From an uncultured Verrucomicrobiae bacterium (GTDB lineage Bacteria > Verrucomicrobiota > Verrucomicrobiia > Palsa-1439), in contig CAWEWF010000010.1 in assembly GCA_963812605.1 (NCBI GenBank), forward strand, positions 96,001 through 160,000: DNA of 64,000 bases, written 5' to 3'. The notes below the pieces were generated by a model, which did not search any database, had not been told where the DNA came from, and saw only the letters and a program-made list of their open reading frames with translations. The translations under genes and the position numbers were made by a program. Of this stretch, positions 1 to 9,570 are shown in pieces. Positions within the stretch are counted from its first letter, which is position 1. Each line of letters begins with the position of its first letter.

Positions 1-268
1 CGTGCAGGCCGGCCCGCAATGCGTCGCTGCCGCTGACGGTGTGGTCGAAGTGCGGCGTGGCGATGAGCACGGCATCGACGACGCCCGAGCGGATCAATTC
101 GTCACTGCGAGCAAAGCGCCTGGTCTGCGGAAAACGCGCGGTCTTTTCCGGGGTTGGATCGCAAACGGCGGCGATCTCACAACGCTTGACCTTGCCGGAG
201 GTGATGTTGTCGGCATGTCCCAGGCCCATGTTGCCGAGGCCGATGATTCCCAGTCGAACGGATTTCAT
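1..268 (-). CDS. Gfo/Idh/MocA family oxidoreductase (5' part; runs off the window start)
   Basis: Own translation from ATG 268: MKSVRLGIIGLGNMGLGHADNI...AAVCD...VDAVLIATPHFDH. Rossmann GxGxxG and 'DAVLIATPH' are typical. Not in the ORF track. Confidence 0.9.
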   Translation of the reverse strand, partial: MKSVRLGIIGLGNMGLGHADNITSGKVKRCEIAAVCDPTPEKTARFPQTRRFARSDELIRSGVVDAVLIATPHFDHTVSGSDALRAGLH

Positions 269-413
269 AAAACTCGCCCTTACTAGCCTCTTTCATGCTA
301 CGCCGCCAGCCGCGCGTCAAGCGTGTTCTGCCGGGGGTGGCCCCTATAGCGATGGCTTGCATCACACCGCTGCTGAGGGGTTTAATGGGGTTCACAGCGT
401 GACCAGGTGCTGA

Positions 414-890
414 ATGAGATCGTTTCTCACAAAGACGGTTCTGCCAGTAGTGATCCTCGTTTACTTTACGGCGAGAGGGTTCTTTGAGAAGGTCGTCTGG
501 GGACATTGGTATGGTTTCCCTCTTGATGATGTCTGCATCATCCTCGGTGGGTGGACGATATTGTCCTTGTTCTTGCTTGCGTTTCGGCGGCGGTTTGCCT
601 GGATCTGGATTGTTCCTGCTGTTTGCGGTGTGCTTGTGATCGCATCGTTCCTCAATTACCGGCACCAGTACGCCGTTCTTGAGAGAGCCAATACCCGCTT
701 ACGCGAAGACAGGGTCATACTTCACTGGGGCTATGTGTACTACTCGCGTTCCTTTGGGCTGTGTGTACAATCTTTTTTGAGTGGTAGTAACGGAGTCCCG
801 GCGCAGCAGGTGGAGTCGGTCATTCGCGATGTATTCCAGGAGGACGGAAGTAGATTGCAGGAAATCAACCTGGTTGATTCGCGGAGATAG
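414..890 (+). CDS. Hypothetical membrane protein
   Basis: 158-aa ORF with three N-terminal hydrophobic segments; lower GC than neighbours. Confidence 0.6.
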   Translation: MRSFLTKTVLPVVILVYFTARGFFEKVVWGHWYGFPLDDVCIILGGWTILSLFLLAFRRRFAWIWIVPAVCGVLVIASFLNYRHQYAVLERANTRLREDRVILHWGYVYYSRSFGLCVQSFLSGSNGVPAQQVESVIRDVFQEDGSRLQEINLVDSRR

Positions 891-990
891 CCCCAACAAT
901 TTGGCCGAGCCAACTCACGGCCTCCCTTTCGGCTTGTGCGAGTTCCCCAGGCTGCCTAGCATGTTCGCCGTGATGGGAGGGAATGAATTT

Positions 991-1562
991 ATGCGCAGAA
1001 TCAATATCATCCTCGTGGCAATGGCCGGGTGGTCGCTTTTGGCGAGCGTCGGGTGGGCGCAGGACACGAACGCGCCGCTGACCAATATCGAGGCCTTTGA
1101 AGCGCAGACGGGAACGGTCATTGTCAAAGGCAGCGTGCTTGTAGGCACGGTCTCGACGCAAGCGGGGACCATGTCGGTGAGGGCCAAGGAGTCGATCGAG
1201 CCCGACAGCGGACGGAAGGAATACGGGATCGCGGTGGAATTGAAGGAAGGCGGCAGGCCCGAAGACACGACGATGATTGACTATGACGAGTTGGATTCGT
1301 TCCAGAACGGCATCGACTATATCAGCAAAGCCAATCATACATTGACAACCCTACCGGACTATGACGTGGTCTATACAACGGGAGGCGGGTTGCGTCTCGC
1401 CGTTTACACTAGCCACAAGCGCCCCGGCGCGATCCAAGTCGCCTTGCAGAGCGGTCGCGGCAGCCACGAGCGTGTGTTGCTTTCGTCGGACAGTTGGCCC
1501 GGTTCCAGAACCTGATTCAGCAAGCCAAGAGCAAGCTCGATTCCTTGCGCGCTGGGAAGTAG
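991..1562 (+). CDS. Hypothetical secreted protein (one frameshift near 1490)
   Basis: GGGAGG upstream; signal peptide MRRINIILVAMAGWSLLASVGWA-Q; after the shift it reads QLARFQNLIQQAKSKLDSLRAGK*. Confidence 0.7.
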
Positions 1563-1619
1563 GGGGGCGCGGTGGTTTACGTATGGACGTTGGAATATGA
1601 TCAAATCAGCATGAGAAAG

Positions 1620-1643
1620 TTTATGGATAGCACTATCCATAAA
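1620..1643. repeat. Perfect 11-bp inverted repeat with 2-bp spacer
   Basis: tttatggatag-ca-ctatccataaa. Confidence 0.8.
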
Positions 1644-1662
1644 AACTGCGGAAGGTAGGCTG

Positions 1663-1730
1663 AGGTTGGGAAAAGGGTCGGTCCGATTGTTGTTTGGTCG
1701 TGCGCCATAACAAAAAACGAACTGACCCCT
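1663..1730. repeat. REP-like hairpin element, copy 1 (inverted relative to 2096-2164)
   Basis: aggttgggaaaagggtcggtccgattgttgtttggtcgtgcgccataacaaaaaacgaactgacccct closely matches the reverse complement of 2096-2164 and is itself imperfectly palindromic. Confidence 0.8.
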
Positions 1731-1797
1731 CCATGACCCCTTCAAAAGGTTCATTCCCGGTGGTACAATCACTGGGCTCCCGAATCAGTAACAAGGC

Positions 1798-1965
1798 ATG
1801 ATTATGACCAAAATACCTTACGACTTCGTGCGTCAGCGAGCCGATCTCAGTTGGCGTGAAGTTAAGTTCGGATTGAACCGCCAGTTGATCGTGCCGAAGG
1901 TTGCGATTGAGAATGCGATGAAGCGTATTAGCGGGGCTTCGATCCTGTTCTCAGGGGAACGATAG
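1798..1965 (+). pseudogene. Truncated DUF2247-like (putative toxin immunity) ORF
   Basis: MIMTKIPYDFVRQRADLSWREVKFGLNRQLIVPKVAIENAMKRISGASILFSGER*; resembles from memory the DUF2247 N-terminus, only 55 aa. Confidence 0.4.
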
Positions 1966-2095
1966 ACATGGCGTCTTACCGCGCTCGGCTTGGCAGGACG
2001 CGTCATCCTAACGCCTCAACCCCGGTTAGGAATAGGTGCAGGCGCGTGGCCTCGCGCATCCAGCATGGCCAGCGTGTTTAATTATGGCTAAAGAA

Positions 2096-2164
2096 AAGGG
2101 TCAGGTCGTTTTTCGTTATGGCACGCGACCAAACAACAATCGAAGCGGCCCTTTTCCCAAACCT
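2096..2164. repeat. REP-like hairpin element, copy 2
   Basis: aagggtcaggtcgtttttcgttatggcacgcgaccaaacaacaatcgaagcggcccttttcccaaacct. Confidence 0.8.
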
Positions 2165-2192
2165 ATGGCGGGTAGGACGGCGCGACAGAGGG

Positions 2193-2635
2193 ACCCACCC
2201 CTTTATCCCCTCCGAGGAGGGGAAATATATTCGGCCCGGCGTCCCGTCAGGACGGGACGACCACACCGGCGGTTCCGCTGCTATATCGTAAATCGATAAT
2301 TTTGCTGGACGTGGGGGCGCGGGATGGGTATAGTCGGGGGGGACAGATGAACATTGAACGCGCAACTTCCAACGTCCAACTTTGAAATGGCAGGGAAAGA
2401 GTACAGGCGGGACGCCTGTTCAACTCGAAGGCAGGAAGACACGGGCGGGACGCCCGCGCCACTATTGGGGAACGCCTTCGCCAAGGCTTCGGCGCGACTC
2501 GCTGCTGTGCGCAGTTCAAAACATGCGTTTCTGCGAAACGAACCCGATTTGTTTTACCTTGAAAAACAGCAGGTATCTATCAGGATCAGAATGATTTATG
2601 CGGAAAAAGATTGGGTGGGGCAATCCGGTTCGTTT
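2193..2635. repeat. Cluster of several distinct small palindromic/REP-like motifs
   Basis: tcccctcc-ga-ggagggga (2206-2223); acaggcgggacgcctgt (2403-2419) and acgggcgggacgcccgcgccac (2441-2462); degenerate heptamers aacgtcc/aacttcc (about 2349-2387); IR aaacgaacccgatt (2536-2549) / aatccggttcgttt (2622-2635). Confidence 0.65.
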
Positions 2636-2709
2636 GGCGGAACCAGGGGATCGGCGCGGACCTGTCGCGACGCTTGCCCGGTTGGCGAACCGCGCATACT
2701 GTGGCGCTC

Positions 2710-3639
2710 GTGGATAATATTGCGCATGGGTTGACGGGTGTGGTGATCGGCTATTGCGGGTTTCGACAACGGGGCGGACGCGAGGCGGGGTGGACGGCAT
2801 TGTGGACGTGCATCGCGGCGGCGGAATTTCCTGACATCGACGTTGTGATGGGCTTTTTTGGCCGCGATACCTTCTTTCGTTTCCATCGAAGCTTTACCCA
2901 CTCGGCGGTCATGCTACCGGTTTGGGCGGCGCTGATTGCCTGGACGTTTTGGGAACTGTCGGGTCGAGAGAACTTTCGACTGTTATGGTGGGCGGCGGTG
3001 GCGGGACTTGCCTCCCATCTGTTGCTTGACTGGCTGACCAATTACGGGACCGAATTATTCTGGCCGTTGAGCACGGCGCGGCTGGCCTTGAACTGGGTCT
3101 TCATCGTGGATGTCTATGTCTGGGTCATCCTGCTGGTCGGGATGGTCGCGGCCATTTGGACGCAACGCGAGTGGGTGGCCAGGACGGCGCTCGGGGTGGT
3201 GGGCGCGTACTTTTTATTCTGTGGCGTCTCGCGGGCGCACGCACTGGATGTGTATGAAGCGAAGGGGCCGACGGGACGAACCGATGCGTTTCCGCAGCCA
3301 ATGGATCCACTGCATTGGACGATCGTGCGTGACGACGGGGCCGTGCTGCACTGGATCGACAGCTCGCGCAACGACACGTTCGTGCCGTTTCGCGATGAAG
3401 ATCTGCTGCCGAAGGCGGAAGCGACGGAGACGGTAAAGTTATTTCGCTGGTTCGCGGCTTTTCCGCTCGTGGAGAAGATCGAGGAGAATGGTCACACGGT
3501 GTTGCGCTATCGCGATCTGCGGTTTCGTTCGGCGTTGCCGTGGGGAGGGGTGCGGGAAGGCATGTTCGTCGTCGCGAAAGTCGTTTTCGACGACCGGGGC
3601 AAGGTCATCACCGCCGGACTCGCCAGCGAAGGAGATTAA
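2710..3639 (+). CDS. Membrane-bound metal-dependent hydrolase (YdjM family)
   Basis: DNIAHGLTG, FPDID, HRSFTHS, SHLLLDWLTNYGT.LFWP motifs; several TM helices. Confidence 0.9.
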   Translation: MDNIAHGLTGVVIGYCGFRQRGGREAGWTALWTCIAAAEFPDIDVVMGFFGRDTFFRFHRSFTHSAVMLPVWAALIAWTFWELSGRENFRLLWWAAVAGLASHLLLDWLTNYGTELFWPLSTARLALNWVFIVDVYVWVILLVGMVAAIWTQREWVARTALGVVGAYFLFCGVSRAHALDVYEAKGPTGRTDAFPQPMDPLHWTIVRDDGAVLHWIDSSRNDTFVPFRDEDLLPKAEATETVKLFRWFAAFPLVEKIEENGHTVLRYRDLRFRSALPWGGVREGMFVVAKVVFDDRGKVITAGLASEGD

Positions 3640-5198
3640 CTACCCAGCGCGGCCTGGACAATATCGGCGGCTTTATGAGGCGAAGCGCTTTTGATGGGTC
3701 GAAAGATGATGGGTTCCTCACCGAGTGTCGTGGGGTTCACCTCGGTGCCGTAGATGTCGGTCATGTGGTACCCGGGCGGGGCGGTAATTGTGCGGGATTG
3801 TCCCTCCACGCACCACGCAAAGACGAGGGTGCCGATCTTCGGGCGTTTCCAGGTGTAAAGGTAGACCTGGTTGTCGATGATGCGCGCGTCGCCCATCTTC
3901 GCGCCATTCAACCAGTAGGAGGTCATCAGGAACGCGCTGGTCTTGGGATGCGGCCCACGGAGGCCAACGTCCCAACCGTACAACTCGAAGTTTTGATCGG
4001 AGAGATTTTCACCGAGGGGGAAGACATGCGAAATGATGCAGGAGACACCCGCCGCGTGGTACATCACGGTCGTTTTGATCGCGCGGCACATTCCGCGATA
4101 CCAATCCAGCGTGGTGGCGAATTCCGTGTCGATGTTGGTATTAAGGTCGGAGCCAAGGGCGCTGTGGCCGTAGAGCCCCAGTTCATCGACGAAAAGCGAT
4201 TTGAGGTTGGCCAACTTGCCGAAGTTCCAGATCAGATGGTCCTTGGTAATGGAGCGGATCCAGTAGGGACTGAGATAGTCCACGTCAGGGGCGTAGGTGC
4301 CCCGGGAGTAATCATGCCACGACCAGCCATCGAACGTCGCCAGCTTGTTGGTCGACATCGCTATCGATTCCAACTCGAGCGCGCTCGACCAGGCAGGACC
4401 GATTACCTGGGGCTTGGAATCGATCGCCTTGATCGCCTTCTGGGCCTGCGAGAACATCTGGAGGTAAAAGTTGACGAGGGACTCGACGTTGGTGGTGTTG
4501 GGGAATTTATCGTTGAACGGTTCGTTCCAGATCTCGATCGCGGCGAGTTTGCCCTTGTACCGTGTTGCCAGGGCCTGCACGTAGGCGGTATGCAGCGGGA
4601 TGATTTCATCGGGGCCCACCCACGAGGGCACGAAATCGGCGGACATCGCGATAATCTTTCGGCCGGGGTTGTTAGACACGGCTGCATCCATCAAGCTCCA
4701 GTCCCAGGCATCGCGGTTCGTTTCCACGTTGGCCCAGACACTTTGAACGGCACGCACCCAGGTTGTCGCGATCAACGTCATCCGTTGCGAACCGGCGGAA
4801 TCGGACGTATTGGCGACTTCGGTTCCCAAAAATGGAGAGCCCGTGTAATCATCCGGCAGGACGCAAAACTGGTTGCGGTCACCGGCGCATTCGACGATGT
4901 AGTGACCGCGCGGCAACATGAGCGTGGTGGGGTTGCCCGAGTAAACGGAATTGCCGTTCAAGTCGAAAATCTGAATCGGCGAACCATTGGTCGTCGTGAT
5001 CGTGATCGAATCAGACTCCCGGAACAATCCCCAGCGGATGCTGGGGGTCACTTGAAGGATATTGGTGTTGATATCGAAGGGCTGGGTCAGGAGGGTGGCG
5101 GGAGACCAATCCGTCGCCGCGAAACCAGCCCCGGCGGTCGCCAAAGGGAGACAAACGAGAACTCGCAATACAGTGCGCAACGCCCTGGAAACATTCAT
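3636..5198 (-). CDS. Secreted clan GH-A glycoside hydrolase-like protein (GH39/GH5-like), paralog 1
   Basis: Signal peptide; AIEIWNEP (acid/base), FDGWSWHDY, LFVDELG (nucleophile); C-terminal beta-sandwich (TDIYG...LGEEPI). Confidence 0.8.
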   Translation of the reverse strand: MNVSRALRTVLRVLVCLPLATAGAGFAATDWSPATLLTQPFDINTNILQVTPSIRWGLFRESDSITITTTNGSPIQIFDLNGNSVYSGNPTTLMLPRGHYIVECAGDRNQFCVLPDDYTGSPFLGTEVANTSDSAGSQRMTLIATTWVRAVQSVWANVETNRDAWDWSLMDAAVSNNPGRKIIAMSADFVPSWVGPDEIIPLHTAYVQALATRYKGKLAAIEIWNEPFNDKFPNTTNVESLVNFYLQMFSQAQKAIKAIDSKPQVIGPAWSSALELESIAMSTNKLATFDGWSWHDYSRGTYAPDVDYLSPYWIRSITKDHLIWNFGKLANLKSLFVDELGLYGHSALGSDLNTNIDTEFATTLDWYRGMCRAIKTTVMYHAAGVSCIISHVFPLGENLSDQNFELYGWDVGLRGPHPKTSAFLMTSYWLNGAKMGDARIIDNQVYLYTWKRPKIGTLVFAWCVEGQSRTITAPPGYHMTDIYGTEVNPTTLGEEPIIFRPIKSASPHKAADIVQAALGS

Positions 5199-5435
5199 AC
5201 TTCTCTGTGCCGGCCTTCGTGAATCGATACATCCAACCAAGCAGCTTGTGCACCATTCCGGTTTGCAGCGTCAGGGAGTCAGCGGGGCCGCAGAACTGCG
5301 TCCCGATAGTCAGATTTGAGACGAAGTTCTCACGGAGCAGACGGGATGGAGACAATCACCGAAAGTTATCTGGCGCGCATCTAGCACCAAACGATTCGCT
5401 TTGACGGAAATGAGCCTGTATAGATTATTTCCCAC

Positions 5436-6917
5436 ATGAGTGAGGACGCCACAATTCCGGGGATTGCGCCACCCAGAACGGGACAGCGTCGCCTCATTGC
5501 CCGCAATTTTTTGTCGCTTAGCGCGGCATCGCTGGCGGGACGAGTCGTCAGCCTCTTTTCGGGCATTTACACCCGGCGAGTATTGGAGGTGGTGGCGATT
5601 GGCCAGCTCAGTTGGTGCACCTCGGTCTTGTCCTATTTCACGTTGCTCATCAACCCGGGGCTGGAGACGATTGCCAAGCGTGACGTGGCGCAGGACCCGA
5701 GTCGCGCGGGGCGGTACGTATCCTTGTTGTTGATGTTGCAGCTACTCCTCGCCATGTCAGCGTTTATCTTTGTCGCCATTTTTGCGATGCTGGGATTACG
5801 GGGGCCACAAATCAGCCTGATCTTGACAGTCCAGGCTTTCGGCCTGTTGCTCCTTCCGTTGAACCTGACGTGGCTGTTGCACGCCAACGAACGGATGGGA
5901 CCGGCCGCACTGACGGAAGTTGCGAGCCAACTGTTGATGTTGCCGGCCATCATCCTGTTCATTCACAGTCCGGCGCATGTGGTGCGCTACGTGTTGCTGG
6001 CGTATCCGCTGCGGATCGGCGCCATCCTCTACCTGGCCTGGTATGCGAACCGTCACGGGCTGCTGCGGTGGGGTGAGATTCATCTGACATTGAAAGGCGC
6101 GATGCCTTTGGTGCGGGCCGCGGTACCGCTGGGATTCTCGCAAGCGGCAATTTTGTTGTACTATAATTTTGACGCGATCTTCTTGGGCTTCACGCGCGGC
6201 GATGCGACGGTCGGCTTGTACAGCACGGCCTACAGCCTCATGCTGGTGCCGATGTTTTTAAGTTCCTCCCTGACCAGCGCTTATTTCCCAGCGCTGTCCC
6301 GGGCCTCAAGCAGCCTTGAACAGCGCCAGCAGGTGTCGCGGGAATTCCTGCGGGTTCTTACGTGGGTGGGATTCCCCCTGGCGGCGGCAGGTTGGGCAGT
6401 GGGACGCTATGCCGTCAATTTGATGTATGGCAAAGACTTTGCCGGGAGCGGGATCCTTTTCGAGTGGCTGAGCCTGAACATCGCCCTGGTGTTTTTCAAT
6501 ATCGGCATCGCCCAACCGCTTACCGCCTGGGACCATCAAAAGGTCTATTTTAAGATTACGGTCGCCGCGGCCACCGTGAATGTCCTGCTCAACATCGTCC
6601 TGATTCCCCGGTATGGCACAGCGGGCGCTGTTTTTACGACAATCCTGGCGGAGGCAGTGGTCACGGTCGGCGCCTTGATGGTGCGCGCACGGATTGGCCG
6701 TATTCCGGTGTTGCGGATCGTTTATCGGCCGCTCATTTGCTCGGCGCTCATGGCCGCGGTAGTAAGGTGGATGGGAGTGTTCTTCCATACACCCTGGTGG
6801 GCTGCTTTGGCACTGGGGATGTTGCTGTTTGCGGGTTGCTTCTGGTTTTTCGAACAAGAGACGATCGCGGGTTTGGTGAAGCGAATTTGGCGGTCGCCAA
6901 CGCAGCCCGCGCAGTGA
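5436..6917 (+). CDS. wzx: Polysaccharide flippase (Wzx/MOP family)
   Basis: 493 aa, about 12-14 TM; LIARNFLSL, DAIFLG...VGLYSTAY, NVLLNIVLIPRYGTAGAVFTTILAE. Confidence 0.92.
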   Translation: MSEDATIPGIAPPRTGQRRLIARNFLSLSAASLAGRVVSLFSGIYTRRVLEVVAIGQLSWCTSVLSYFTLLINPGLETIAKRDVAQDPSRAGRYVSLLLMLQLLLAMSAFIFVAIFAMLGLRGPQISLILTVQAFGLLLLPLNLTWLLHANERMGPAALTEVASQLLMLPAIILFIHSPAHVVRYVLLAYPLRIGAILYLAWYANRHGLLRWGEIHLTLKGAMPLVRAAVPLGFSQAAILLYYNFDAIFLGFTRGDATVGLYSTAYSLMLVPMFLSSSLTSAYFPALSRASSSLEQRQQVSREFLRVLTWVGFPLAAAGWAVGRYAVNLMYGKDFAGSGILFEWLSLNIALVFFNIGIAQPLTAWDHQKVYFKITVAAATVNVLLNIVLIPRYGTAGAVFTTILAEAVVTVGALMVRARIGRIPVLRIVYRPLICSALMAAVVRWMGVFFHTPWWAALALGMLLFAGCFWFFEQETIAGLVKRIWRSPTQPAQ

Positions 6918-6935
6918 TAAGGACTGAATCGGATT

Positions 6936-7550
6936 GTGGAAAACTCGAAAGGTTTTGATGCGATTGTTATCATGGCGAAACGGCCGGCGCGGCGGAAAGG
7001 GCCGCATGAGCTGGAGGCGCGGGCGGCATTGGGCGTTCTCTTCTGGCAACAGACCGGTGGCCGGGTCACCATCATTTGCGTCGAAGGCCATGACCTGCCT
7101 GATTCCGATCTTTCCGGCGCCGAGGTCGTCCACAACGTGGCCGTTGCCGCCGGTGTCCCGCGCGACCGCATCCTGACGAGACCATTGACGAACTGCACGG
7201 TCCGTGAAGTAGAGGCGATCCGCGATATTCTTCGCGAATTGGATGCCCGGCAACCGCTGGTCATTACGCACCCGTATCATGTCCGGCGCACTCGCTGGTA
7301 CTTGCGGGAAGCAGGTATTAGTGCGAATGTCATCGGTTGTTCCGCCGAGTTGGCCATCTGCACGTTCCCTTCCATCGAGGCAGCGTTGCTTCGTTTGATC
7401 GAGCGGGGAGAGGCCCATGGATTGAATTATGCCCGGGAGTTTGTTGTGGAAATCCTGTTGACCATCCTGCATTCTTTGGATCGCGGCGGACGCGTCGAAA
7501 TGTGGTTGGCCGACCGCATCCGTGGTCGTACAGGAAATCAAACGGGATGA
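6936..7550 (+). CDS. YdcF/DUF218 (ElyC/SanA-like) protein
   Basis: DAIVIM, GVPRDRIL...NCTVREV, LVITHPYHVRR motifs. Confidence 0.75.
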   Translation: MENSKGFDAIVIMAKRPARRKGPHELEARAALGVLFWQQTGGRVTIICVEGHDLPDSDLSGAEVVHNVAVAAGVPRDRILTRPLTNCTVREVEAIRDILRELDARQPLVITHPYHVRRTRWYLREAGISANVIGCSAELAICTFPSIEAALLRLIERGEAHGLNYAREFVVEILLTILHSLDRGGRVEMWLADRIRGRTGNQTG

Positions 7551-7560
7551 GGTTGACCAG

Positions 7561-8667
7561 GTGAAAATCGACTATGTCATCGTCGGCTCAGGGCTGACGG
7601 GAGCGGTGATTGCCCGCCGCTTGGTGGACGCCGGGCGGACGGTGGTCATTGTTGACCGACGACCGCACCTTGGCGGCAATGTCCATGACCACTCCCATCC
7701 GAGCGGCATTCGCATCCATACCTACGGGCCGCATTACTTCCGCACCACCAGCGACGAGATCTGGGCCTTCGTCAATCGCTTCGCCACGTTTTACAAGTAC
7801 GAGGCGGCGCTGAAATCATTTGTGGACGGGCGTCATGAGAACTGGCCGATTGCCGCCAGTTACATTCGCCGAACCATTGGCGAGAAATGGCACCCGGAAT
7901 TTCGCGGCACGCCGGCCAATTTCGAGGAAGCCTCGCTGGCGATGATGCCGCGGCTGGTTTATGAAAAATTTGTCAAAGGTTACACGGAAAAGCAATGGGG
8001 CGTGCCGGCCCGCACGTTGTCGGCGAGCCTGGCGCGGCGGTTCGACGTGCGCGAAGATGACGAGCCGCGCCTCATGCGGCACGCACACCAGGGTATCCCC
8101 GTCGAGGGATACAGCGTCTTGATGCGCAACATGTTGTCGGGTGTGCCCGTGATGGTCAATTGCGACTATCTCAAGCACCGCGACGCTTTTACCGCCCAAA
8201 AGTTGCTGATCTTCACGGGGCCCATCGATGAATTCTTCGGGTTTGACCTCGGGCAATTGAAATATCGCGGCCAGCAACGTGAGCACACGTACACGAAAGA
8301 TATCGAGTTTGTCCAACCTTGCGGCCAGGTCAATTACCCAGACCCATCCGTCCCGCACATCCGGCTGCTGGAATGGAAGCACATGATGGCCCCCGAACAT
8401 GCCCGAAGCATTCGTGGTTCCGTGGTGACTCGCGAAACGACGATCACACCCACCGATCCCAACGCCTACGAGTACCCGTTTCCCGACGATGCCAACGCGC
8501 GGTTGTATCGAGAATATCGGCAGCGGGCGGACAAGATTCCGGACCTGCTGGTCTGCGGTCGTTTGGGCGAATACCGGTACTACGACATGGATCAGGCGAT
8601 TGGGCGCGCCATGATGCTGGCGGATCGAATCCTGGCGGGCGGGAGCCCGTTGTCCGCATCGGAATAA
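7561..8667 (+). CDS. glf: UDP-galactopyranose mutase
   Basis: IVGSGLTG, HLGGN, HTYGPHYFRT, YTEKQWG, FTGPIDEFF, GRLGEYRYYDMDQAI. Confidence 0.95.
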   Translation: MKIDYVIVGSGLTGAVIARRLVDAGRTVVIVDRRPHLGGNVHDHSHPSGIRIHTYGPHYFRTTSDEIWAFVNRFATFYKYEAALKSFVDGRHENWPIAASYIRRTIGEKWHPEFRGTPANFEEASLAMMPRLVYEKFVKGYTEKQWGVPARTLSASLARRFDVREDDEPRLMRHAHQGIPVEGYSVLMRNMLSGVPVMVNCDYLKHRDAFTAQKLLIFTGPIDEFFGFDLGQLKYRGQQREHTYTKDIEFVQPCGQVNYPDPSVPHIRLLEWKHMMAPEHARSIRGSVVTRETTITPTDPNAYEYPFPDDANARLYREYRQRADKIPDLLVCGRLGEYRYYDMDQAIGRAMMLADRILAGGSPLSASE

Positions 8668-8673
8668 GACCCC

Positions 8674-9570
8674 ATGTCCCAACCTTCCATCGCCGCGGTC
8701 GTGGTCACGTGTAACCGCCTCGGTCTTCTTCAGGAGTGCGTGGCGGCCTTGCGGGCCCAGACTCATCGGCTCGACGAGATTATCGTGGTGGACAACTCCA
8801 GCACAGATGGCACGGCCGAGTGGCTGGCAAAGCAAGGCGACCTGCATGTTATTACGCAGCCCAATTTGGGGAGTGCCGGCGGGCAAAGCACCGGCATCAA
8901 GACCGCCTACCTTCGGGGCCATGAGTGGTTCTGGTGCATGGACGACGACACGATACCCAAACCGGAGGCGTTGGCGAGATTCGTCGCGGCGCCCTACTTT
9001 CGAGATCCCGCCACCGGGTTTTTGGGCAGTCTTATTCTGTGGACTGACGGGGCGACGCATCGCATGAACCAGCACCCGGTGAAACATTGGCAGTGGTATG
9101 GAACCGTTATGACCGACCACTGCGTAAAGATCGATGGCAATTCGTTCGTTTCCGTATTGGTCAGCCGCCAAGCGGTGGCGGCGGTGGGATTGCCGCTGAA
9201 AGAGTTCTTTATCTGGTGTGACGACATCGAATACTTCCACCGGATCGCCCGTAAATTCAATGGCTATTGTGTTTTGGACAGCGTGGTGGTGCACAAGACG
9301 AAGCTCCATAGCGGCGGTGTTCCGGTGGACCGGGTCAGCCCGGAAGATTACGTGAAGTATTGTTACGGCGTGCGAAATTATATCGCGACGATCAAAATGC
9401 AGCCGAAATCACCGGTGAAACGCGCTTTTCTTGTTGGCAGGGAATTGTGGAAAAACCTTCTGATGGTATTGCGCGGGCGCGCGCCATTGTCGGTCCTCGC
9501 CTGGATGTTGCGCGGGCTGGTATTTCACCCCAAGCCGGAAATGATTCAGCAGGAATCCGGAAAGAAATGA
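8674..9570 (+). CDS. GT2 glycosyltransferase, galactofuranosyltransferase (GlfT1)-like
   Basis: AAVVVTCNR, VDNSSTDGT, NLGSAGG, WCMDDD, SFVSVLV, GLPLKEFFIWCDDIEY; directly after glf. Confidence 0.88.
   Translation: MSQPSIAAVVVTCNRLGLLQECVAALRAQTHRLDEIIVVDNSSTDGTAEWLAKQGDLHVITQPNLGSAGGQSTGIKTAYLRGHEWFWCMDDDTIPKPEALARFVAAPYFRDPATGFLGSLILWTDGATHRMNQHPVKHWQWYGTVMTDHCVKIDGNSFVSVLVSRQAVAAVGLPLKEFFIWCDDIEYFHRIARKFNGYCVLDSVVVHKTKLHSGGVPVDRVSPEDYVKYCYGVRNYIATIKMQPKSPVKRAFLVGRELWKNLLMVLRGRAPLSVLAWMLRGLVFHPKPEMIQQESGKK

Noticed and set aside
1563-2700. CRISPR array or intact IS element
   Set aside because: No regularly spaced identical repeats, no cas genes, no transposase ORF.
3540-5222. Long antisense or alternate-frame ORFs (e.g. 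3540-5222 +, 7816-9309 -, 29201-30781 -, 59626-61482 +)
   Set aside because: Shadows of real genes on the opposite strand in high-GC DNA; no recognisable motifs.
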